This document shows, one piece after another, positions 47,467-53,461 of a stretch of 64,000 bases of DNA. The position numbers and the translations under genes are program-made. The DNA comes from Candidatus Obscuribacterales bacterium (GTDB lineage Bacteria > Cyanobacteriota > Vampirovibrionia > Obscuribacterales > Obscuribacteraceae): positions 9,908 to 73,907 of the forward strand of contig DATNQY010000219.1 of assembly GCA_036703785.1 (NCBI GenBank), given 5' to 3'. How positions within the stretch are numbered: position 1 is the stretch's first letter; the number at the start of each line of letters is the position of its first letter. Under the pieces are notes generated by a model. It was given only the letters and a program-made list of their open reading frames with translations, searched no databases and was not told the origin of the DNA.

Positions 47467-47893
47467 TCGAGCCAGGACCGACCGTATAAGCGCCGTCAGA
47501 TAAGAAGTCGATTCCCGGCCACTGATCTTGTTTCTTACGTACTTTCAGATCGGCGGGTTTTGTGGTGTAAATGTGCCTGCCGCCTGCCGGCGTTGCCACC
47601 GCCAGACGGACAGGCATCCCACCACTGGGAAAGTTTTTGGCGAGACATTCAGCTAATACGTCGCGTCCAGCCGGATAATTTCTAGGGTCGGCATCAAGTA
47701 CCAGATCAGTTGATGCTAATGCGATGCCGTAGTTTATTTCCGGACAGGCAGCAAACCAACGGCGAACGATATCCGCGTCCCGTGTGGCTTCCTTAAACCC
47801 GCTTGTACCGGCGATTGGAATTTTGGTGCCGGGTGATAGCGCGAAAACAGCAAAGCCGCGTTCGAGCATTTTTAGTGCGTGGTCGAGAATCAT
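47426..47893 (-). CDS. bifunctional DNA primase/polymerase (Prim-Pol) N-terminal domain protein
   Basis: GFAVFALSPGTKIPIAGTSGFKEATRD...NYGIALASTDLVLDADP is the AEP Prim-Pol pattern. Confidence 0.7.
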   Translation of the reverse strand: MILDHALKMLERGFAVFALSPGTKIPIAGTSGFKEATRDADIVRRWFAACPEINYGIALASTDLVLDADPRNYPAGRDVLAECLAKNFPSGGMPVRLAVATPAGGRHIYTTKPADLKVRKKQDQWPGIDFLSDGAYTVGPGSIVDGKAYEEITLG

Positions 47894-48049
47894 CCGGCGT
47901 ACCTCCAGTTTGGATTTGTCCCACGTCGCCTATTACAAGGACCGCAAGACGGTTGGACGCAGTAGGCGTTTCTACCGTCGCCCCACACGCGGAGTAGCCA
48001 TAGTTTACGAGCTCGCCGCTGGCGTGAATTGCCGCGACGGTCGCCGCCT

Positions 48050-48235
48050 CTACGTCGATACACTGGCTACGTTCTCCGGTATCGTGTAGGGGCAGACAGG
48101 CAGTACGGGACGCTTGCATGACGCGCATGTGAGCGCGCTTGGGTCCCATACGCTACGGACAATCGTATGTCCGCGTCCCTCGGCTAGTACCCAGTTGACG
48201 GCGAAAGTGATTATTTGTTTGGCTGTGCGATTCAT
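48050..48235 (-). CDS. hypothetical protein (61 aa)
   Basis: Tracked ORF whose ATG overlaps the stop of the upstream 53-aa ORF (ATGA). Confidence 0.4.
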   Translation of the reverse strand: MNRTAKQIITFAVNWVLAEGRGHTIVRSVWDPSALTCASCKRPVLPVCPYTIPENVASVST

Positions 48236-48393
48236 GCTTCCGCCTTCTTCTGCAACGTCTGGTAGGGCTGGCGCTGTTCTAGCATCGTCAGCAGTACGTC
48301 GAGGTGATCTAATGACCTGGCGACGGTAGCTTGTTCCTCACGCGCCTTGCGTAATGTCTTACGCATGTGGGCTAGTTCTCGTTTTGTTAGCAT
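48232..48393 (-). CDS. 53-aa helical protein (not in ORF track)
   Basis: Own translation: MLTKRELAHMRKTLRKAREEQATVARSLDHLDVLLTMLEQRQPYQTLQKKAEA. Translationally coupled to 48050..48235. Confidence 0.4.
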   Translation of the reverse strand: MLTKRELAHMRKTLRKAREEQATVARSLDHLDVLLTMLEQRQPYQTLQKKAEA

Positions 48394-48449
48394 GGCAAAA
48401 CCCGCCGGCGGTGCCGGCAGTCCTCAGGTAATCTGTTCTCAGTGGTTTT

Positions 48450-48474
48450 CGTAGCTTACAAAATGTAAGCTACG
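48450..48474. promoter_or_regulatory. 25-bp perfect palindrome with TAAGCTACG half-sites
   Basis: CGTAGCTTACA-AAA-TGTAAGCTACG, lying 34 nt 3' of the HTH gene stop. Confidence 0.55.
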
Positions 48475-48507
48475 ACGGTCAATACACTACCGGTAGTGTG
48501 GGCAGGC

Positions 48508-48813
48508 TCAAAGGCACGCCAGCCATGGATCGGTTATATCGTCCGTTACTACTTGCGGTAGCGTATCGGATTGCTTAGTCATATCTCTTTTGATCTGATT
48601 AGCTGCCGATCTTCCCGGACGTTTTTTGCCGGGTACCCAATGAGTACCCGGGACGTGGCTTGCCATGATGACTTTGCAGTCAAAATAGTCTTGTGGCTCG
48701 AAAATAATGTTCTTGCCGACCCTCTTATGAGGCAAGATGCCCTTACGGATAAGGGCCTTGATGTTGGAGACAGTCGAGTTAGTATCTCGCGCCAAGTTTT
48801 GAATCGTATACAT
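48508..48813 (-). CDS. excisionase/MerR-like helix-turn-helix protein
   Basis: MYTIQNLARDTNSTVSNIKALIRKGILPHKRVGKNIIF is the excisionase-family HTH pattern. Confidence 0.6.
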   Translation of the reverse strand: MYTIQNLARDTNSTVSNIKALIRKGILPHKRVGKNIIFEPQDYFDCKVIMASHVPGTHWVPGKKRPGRSAANQIKRDMTKQSDTLPQVVTDDITDPWLACL

Positions 48814-48986
48814 TAGTCCTCGTCCACCTCAATTACACACTCTTTGAACATTTGCTCCAGGCGCTCGGCTTCCGCTCGTTCCTCGGCGGACATTTCGCTG
48901 AGAAACGCCCGCATATTGGTTACATACACTCGTTCGAGCGCCTTGCGGATAATCAGCTTTTCGTCGTAAGTCAATCGCCGTTTCAT
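48813..48986 (-). CDS. hypothetical acidic protein (57 aa)
   Basis: GGGAGGG RBS lies 3 nt before the ATG at 48986 (MKRRLTYDEK). The stop overlaps the next start. Confidence 0.45.
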   Translation of the reverse strand: MKRRLTYDEKLIIRKALERVYVTNMRAFLSEMSAEERAEAERLEQMFKECVIEVDED

Positions 48987-49058
48987 AATCCCTCCCATGG
49001 TTCGCTGTCAAGCATACGGGGCAGGCTGTTAACCTGCCCACAATGCCGGACAGCTGAG

Positions 49059-49829
49059 TTAACAGGTCACGTCGAGGAACTCGCTTCCAGGCGTTTTCAT
49101 TTCGATCAGAACTTGCACAGCAAACTCAGCCACGTCTACCAGAATTTGCTCACGAGCAGCAGCAGCAGCAGCAGCAGCATCAGCAGCACGAGCAGCAGCA
49201 TCAGCAGCAGCAGCAGCATCAGCAGCATCAGCAGCAGCAGCAGCACGAGCAGCAGCATCAGCAGCAGCAGCAGCATCAGCAGCATCAGCAGCAGCAGCAT
49301 CAGCAGCAGCACGAGCAGCAGCAGCAGCAGCATCAGCAGCATCAGCAGCAGCAGCATCAGCAGCAGCACGCCCGCTAGTCAGATCGACTGCCTGGCTGCA
49401 CAAGGCTGCATGCGCTTCCAACGCTTCACGGTGCGCTTGTATTGGATGTACCGAGGCGGCTGCGCGTAGTGCGATTGGCGTTAGTGTATTGATAGTGTAC
49501 ATGGCTATCTTTTCGACAAATAGAACATAATTGAAATTGTCTCTGGTTCCGAGTGATGCTAACGCTAAGCGCTTCAATCCAGCTGCGCGGGATTCCGGCG
49601 AAGTCCAGCCGTAAGCGTCATTCATACCGATATTGAATGATGTCAAAATCTCGTGTACGCAGCTGGATTTATCCGCTGGCATTTCGGACTGCGGGTCGTC
49701 GAAAATCAAATGAATAGCTTGCATGACGCACACATCTCCGGGCCAGTCATTCTCGCCTTTACCGCTGCAGAGTCCTTTCTTGAGCAAGTCTGTGAGCTTG
49801 CAGGTGTTGGCTTGATTCAATTCGATCAT
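49059..49829 (-). CDS. protein with an about 75-aa poly-Ala/Asp/Arg low-complexity helix
   Basis: 256 aa: a globular N-terminal region of about 150 aa, then AAADAAAADAADAAAAAARAAADAAAADAADAAAAADAAAR..., then a 35-aa C-terminus. Confidence 0.6.
   Translation of the reverse strand: MIELNQANTCKLTDLLKKGLCSGKGENDWPGDVCVMQAIHLIFDDPQSEMPADKSSCVHEILTSFNIGMNDAYGWTSPESRAAGLKRLALASLGTRDNFNYVLFVEKIAMYTINTLTPIALRAAASVHPIQAHREALEAHAALCSQAVDLTSGRAAADAAAADAADAAAAAARAAADAAAADAADAAAAADAAARAAAAADAADAAAAADAAARAADAAAAAAAAREQILVDVAEFAVQVLIEMKTPGSEFLDVTC
49151..49370. repeat. imperfect trinucleotide (GCT/GAT/CGT on the coding strand) repeat tract
   Basis: The plus strand reads (cag/cat/cac-gag)n for about 220 nt, with a higher-order period of about 57 nt. 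Confidence 0.8.
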
Positions 49830-49930
49830 TTGCTATTCCTCTCTGTGAATCTGGACGTGTTCGCGCCCCGTGGCGCGTTCAGTGCCAGGCAGGATGCCCA
49901 GCCATTACGCTGGGCAAATTGCCGGGCAGC

Positions 49931-50254
49931 TTATTCTTCAATCCAATCACTCGCGTGAACTTTGCAGCGTGACGACATGCCGCAAATGCAATCGGGATCT
50001 GTCTCAATGCCGAGGCGCTCAGCCAGCGCTATCTGTAGACGCTGAATGTCCGCGCGTGTGCTGCGACATGCTTCTAAATGATTGCCGATCTTACGCCCGT
50101 CAATTTCGTTGTCATCATAAGCTAGGCGTTCAGCAGCAACGAGCAAGGTCGCAACGTAGTCCACTGCGTTTACTGCTTCGCTCAGCTGCTCCATAGCTTC
50201 GCGAAGCTGGTCGCGAACCTGAGGGCTTTTCGTTTTCAGCTCCAACTTTCCCAT
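49931..50254 (-). CDS. hypothetical protein (107 aa)
   Basis: GGGAGA RBS lies 9 nt before the ATG at 50254 (MGKLELKTK). The tracked longer start (50356) would run through the tRNA-like gene. Confidence 0.5.
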   Translation of the reverse strand: MGKLELKTKSPQVRDQLREAMEQLSEAVNAVDYVATLLVAAERLAYDDNEIDGRKIGNHLEACRSTRADIQRLQIALAERLGIETDPDCICGMSSRCKVHASDWIEE

Positions 50255-50286
50255 TGTCAATATCTCCCGATTGATGTTATAGTGGG

Positions 50287-50362
50287 TGCAGGTGGTGGGA
50301 TTCGAACCCACAAATTGCCCGTACTGCGAATACGTTGCGTCTGCCATTTCCGCCACACCTGC
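50287..50362 (-). tRNA. tRNA-like gene, anticodon loop TTCGCAG (CGC), atypical
   Basis: Hand fold: GCAGGTG TG GCG GAAATGGCAGA CGC A ACGTA TTCGCAG TACGG GCAATTT GTGGG TTCGAAT CCCAC CACCTGC A. It has a perfect acceptor and T-arm, a 3-bp D stem, a 7-nt variable loop, an A-G mismatch in the anticodon stem and no G3:U70. Confidence 0.5.
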
Positions 50363-50518
50363 ATAAAGAGCCCAGCTTCACGGCTGGGCTTTTCGCTTAC
50401 GCCGCCCAGTTAATAGGGCAGGCGCAACGGTGCCGCAGTAATGCGCGCTTCAATGCCAAGCGCATACGAACTCGTTCCCAGAGTAGCTGCCGTGTTGACG
50501 ATAGCTTAATGCTCATGG

Positions 50519-50710
50519 CTAGATTCTCCCTGTGAATGACATAGCGTAGGGCATCGCCACTACGCGCCCGTCTTTACGCACATGCAAGCGGACAGACTCG
50601 TTAGCCTTCACATCAAGGCGCTGCGAGTGTTTGGCTGTCCACATCCACTTGCCGGACACAAACCTCTCAGTCAGTGCCGCTGTCGTCAGCTTGAATCTCA
50701 AGAAAACCAT
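50519..50710 (-). CDS. hypothetical protein (63 aa)
   Basis: GGGAGGG RBS lies 6 nt before the ATG at 50710 (MVFLRFKL). Confidence 0.45.
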   Translation of the reverse strand: MVFLRFKLTTAALTERFVSGKWMWTAKHSQRLDVKANESVRLHVRKDGRVVAMPYAMSFTGRI

Positions 50711-50845
50711 GTTATCCCTCCCAGTCAACATAACCGTAGCTTATCACAGCTTATCGGGATACGCTACGGGCTAAGCCGTGTCGTCGAGATAGTTAAGCTA
50801 TAACTTTAGTTAAGTCGACACTCTTGGAGGCTCGTATATACGAGG

Positions 50846-50947
50846 ATGAAAAGCGATCAGGTCTTGGAGACTGGTGAAATGCTGATTGTATGGAGTCTGA
50901 TCACCTGTTACTTGATTTTGGCAAACTTTGGGATGTTGTTTGGGTAA
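50846..50947 (+). CDS. 33-aa hydrophobic peptide (speculative; not in ORF track)
   Basis: MKSDQVLETGEMLIVWSLITCYLILANFGMLFG. A GGAGG lies 17 nt upstream. It is the only plus-strand ORF in a 445-nt non-coding stretch. Confidence 0.2.
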   Translation: MKSDQVLETGEMLIVWSLITCYLILANFGMLFG

Positions 50948-51114
50948 GTTTGTAATTTCGGGTGAACAGGCGGGGCAAGCGTGATAGGTCCCGCCTTGTG
51001 GCGGTTAAGCTATATCGCGGCGGGTACGACTCACCAGTCACGTAGTTAAATCGTACCTTTAAAGAGAAGCCAGCCCTCATACTATTGTCTACAATTAAGT
51101 TAAGTCGTATCCAT

Positions 51115-51150
51115 CAAATAAAAAGCCTTCAACCGCGTGGCTGAAGGCTT
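51115..51150 (-). terminator. intrinsic terminator of the 52477-51176 leftward transcript
   Basis: The minus strand reads AAGCCTTCA-GCCACGCGGT-TGAAGGCTT followed by TTTATTT. Confidence 0.7.
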
Positions 51151-51175
51151 GAAAGTTCACGCTGCCGAGATACAG

Positions 51176-51448
51176 CTAAACTGGATCTACTAGATGCATT
51201 TCTGAGCGTCGTTCGGCGGCTAGTTCTTCTGCTAGAAACGCTGCTGCAATGCGTCGTTGGCCGGGCGACATTGCTTTTACTCTTGCTTCTACCGTTGTCC
51301 TTGCCTCTCTGTGGAGACGTGCTTGCAGAATGTCATCTGGCGTCCAATTGCCTATCTTAGTTGCGGCTTTGGCTAGTATCCGCTCAGCTTTCTGGGGAGG
51401 CAGAGCCTTCAAAGCTTCAGCTACTGCGCGCTTCAGTGAATCAGTCAT
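51176..51448 (-). CDS. hypothetical helical protein (90 aa)
   Basis: GAGG lies 8 nt before the ATG at 51448 (MTDSLKRAV). The tracked TTG start is 51472. Confidence 0.5.
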   Translation of the reverse strand: MTDSLKRAVAEALKALPPQKAERILAKAATKIGNWTPDDILQARLHREARTTVEARVKAMSPGQRRIAAAFLAEELAAERRSEMHLVDPV

Positions 51449-51713
51449 ATTTATGCCTCGCTGAATGTTCAACTATTGTACCACGATACAGTTTAGCAAA
51501 CAGGCTTACTGAGCCAATCTCGGAGTTAATCCGTCACCATATGTGGTGGCATAGGTGGGTAAAAGGAGTGTCCCGCTACCCCCTACTGCACCCATTGCGG
51601 CGCGGCGCGCGAGCCCGGCCAAAGGGAGCATACACCCCAAGCCCAAAAATTCAGAAACGATACGACTTAACTAAAAACCGCAACAGCACTAGCTTAGCTA
51701 TCGACCTACTATA

Positions 51714-51965
51714 CTAACTAATAGTCGAAAGATTACGCTTATCGCGCCAGGATTTAATACCGCACCAAAACCGTCGCAAGGCGTACCATCCTCCTAATAC
51801 AACTAGAAGCGCCAGTACACCGCAGTCATCTCCCTGCCGACGGATCACACAGACGAGAAGAAATAGCGCTAGCCCTGGCACTACTATCCTCCATCCGACA
51901 GCGCAGCCGGTCACGCATACGGAAAGAAGTACCGCAGCCTCTAAGGTCGTATTAATGCTACTCAT
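51714..51965 (-). CDS. small membrane protein (83 aa, 2-3 TM)
   Basis: Hydrophobic segments AAVLLSVCVTGCAVGW, GLALFLLVCVI and VLALLVVLGGWYAL. Its start overlaps the upstream stop. Confidence 0.5.
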   Translation of the reverse strand: MSSINTTLEAAVLLSVCVTGCAVGWRIVVPGLALFLLVCVIRRQGDDCGVLALLVVLGGWYALRRFWCGIKSWRDKRNLSTIS

Positions 51966-52477
51966 TACTGACGGTGTTCGGCACCGAAGGAAGTGCCTTC
52001 ATAAAAGCCGCGAAGCCATTCATTATCTGTATTTTGCGGAGCGGGAACAAGGCGCTTTTCGAAAGCGAGAAGAATGCCGGCGTGAAAACCTCTATAGTAG
52101 CTAGAATTTCCGTCGCCCTCTACAGCATGTTTAAGAGATGAAGAAGCCAAGCTATGAGTAGTTGGCAGCGCTAAAACTTGCTTAGCTTTTAACTCCCGAT
52201 CTCTTTCGGCTCGGGCAGCCGCACTGCCTTTAGCTTCCTGTTCGGCACAGAAGCGGTTAACACATTCAACATGGGCAGCGGTCTTATTATCCTTGCCCGG
52301 GTTGGCGGTTGGCAGATATATAGCTTCGCCCTCCTTTATATGATGGCGACAAGCTTTGATCCGGCAGCGTAAACCGTCTTGCCTGGTAGCTGCCGGCTTG
52401 ACTATAGCGCGAGATTTCAATTCAAAAGCCGCCTCCAGTTCGGAAGCAGCATCCCAGCGAAAGCGAGTATCAGTCAT
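51965..52477 (-). CDS. hypothetical protein (170 aa), first gene of the leftward arm
   Basis: GAGG RBS, with GTTAAGCTACG immediately upstream on the coding strand. Confidence 0.55.
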   Translation of the reverse strand: MTDTRFRWDAASELEAAFELKSRAIVKPAATRQDGLRCRIKACRHHIKEGEAIYLPTANPGKDNKTAAHVECVNRFCAEQEAKGSAAARAERDRELKAKQVLALPTTHSLASSSLKHAVEGDGNSSYYRGFHAGILLAFEKRLVPAPQNTDNEWLRGFYEGTSFGAEHRQ

Positions 52478-52606
52478 ATATGTACCTCGTAGCTTAACTA
52501 TATACGATGAATGTCCAAAATGTCTAGACGAAAATAATATTTGAGCGTATGATTAGGTCTACAGAAGAGAAACGTTTCGGATTGCAGATCGGTCAGGTCT
52601 AAAATT

Positions 52607-52679
52607 TGGAGCGTAAGGGAGTCGAACCCTTGACCTCTTCAATGCCATTGAAGCGCGCTACCAACTGCGCTAACGCCCC
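52607..52679 (-). tRNA. tRNA-Ala (anticodon GGC), reconstituted at attR
   Basis: GGGGCGT TA GCGC AGTTGGTA GCGC G CTTCA ATGGCAT TGAAG AGGTC AAGGG TTCGACT CCCTT ACGCTCC A. G3:U70 is present and CCA is not encoded. Confidence 0.85.
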
Positions 52680-52906
52680 ACACATGAGACCTTATACCAC
52701 AAGACGCCCGGCGTTACTGGGCTTTAAGGTTTTAACTCTGTTTTAGCCGTTTGAAAAGCCTTGATTCATGCGGGTTTTCGGCTGCCAACAAGCATTAGCA
52801 GCTCTAAAACTCTTTACGAATTAACGCTTGGCCTCACCAGATGTTATCCTGATAATCCCATCGGCATGTGTCGTACGACGGCGCGCGGGGGAAAGGTCAA
52901 CATTAA

Positions 52907-53461
52907 ATGCGGAATCAACGGTTACTAAGCGCAAAAGACGCGGCTCTACTGATTATTGACGTTCAAGAGAGCTTCCGAAAGCAGCTTAAAGACCTCGACC
53001 TGCTGACAAGGAATATCACGATTCTGGCTGAAGCAGCCAAAATCCTCAAAGTGCCGGTCTTTGTCACTGAGCAATATCCGCAAGGACTGGGCAAGACCAT
53101 CGCTGAAATTTCCGCCTGTTTGGGCGAGCACAAGTACTATGAAAAGACAGCATTCAGCTGCTGCCAGGCCACAGGCTTTATGCAAGGAATGGAAGCGGAA
53201 GGTCGCAAGCAAATTATCGTTTGCGGCATCGAAGCGCATGTATGCGTGGAGCAAACTGTTCACGAATTGCTCAGCCAAGATTATTCGGTGCACGTCGTAA
53301 AGGACGCCATCGCCAGTCGCTTCGAACGTAACCGCGACATTGCCTGGGAGAAGATGATCAACTCGGGAGCAGTGCCATCGTCCGTCGAAATGGCGCTCTT
53401 CGAAATGCTCAATCAATCCGGAACCGAGCAGTTTAAAGCGGTTCAGCGGCTGGTCAAATAG
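52907..53461 (+). CDS. isochorismatase-family cysteine hydrolase
   Basis: ALLIIDVQESF (catalytic Asp region), VFVTEQYP and IVCGIEAHVCVEQT (catalytic Cys region). Confidence 0.75.
   Translation: MRNQRLLSAKDAALLIIDVQESFRKQLKDLDLLTRNITILAEAAKILKVPVFVTEQYPQGLGKTIAEISACLGEHKYYEKTAFSCCQATGFMQGMEAEGRKQIIVCGIEAHVCVEQTVHELLSQDYSVHVVKDAIASRFERNRDIAWEKMINSGAVPSSVEMALFEMLNQSGTEQFKAVQRLVK

Larger units (their letters stand above)
8631..52648. mobile_element. integrated podovirus-like prophage (about 44.0 kb) in tRNA-Ala(GGC)
   Basis: The direct repeat TGACCTCTTCAATGCCAT at 8631-8648 and 52631-52648 brackets an integrase, a full virion module, a lysis cassette and a replication module. Confidence 0.85.

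Noticed and set aside
47793-48149. 118-aa minus-strand ORF overlapping the Prim-Pol start by about 100 nt
   Set aside because: It conflicts with both the Prim-Pol N-terminus and the coupled 48050..48235 ORF, and it has no RBS. A real small gene in 47894-48049 cannot be excluded.
48852-49469. Ser-rich 205-aa plus-strand ORF and Leu-rich 77-aa minus-strand ORF over the triplet repeat
   Set aside because: These are alternative frames of the same (GCT/GAT/CGT)n tract. Only the Ala/Asp frame is continuous with flanking non-repetitive coding sequence and sits in operon orientation.
49931-50356. 141-aa version of the ORF starting at 50356
   Set aside because: The first 34 codons would run through the tRNA-like gene (50287-50362). 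The internal ATG at 50254 has a GGGAGA RBS.
51024-51043. GGTACGACTCACCAGTCAC, with 10 contiguous matches (TACGACTCAC) to the T7 class III promoter core
   Set aside because: It is a single copy with no single-subunit RNAP ORF in the prophage. A 10-mer match is within chance for this window, so it is not supportable as a phage-RNAP promoter.
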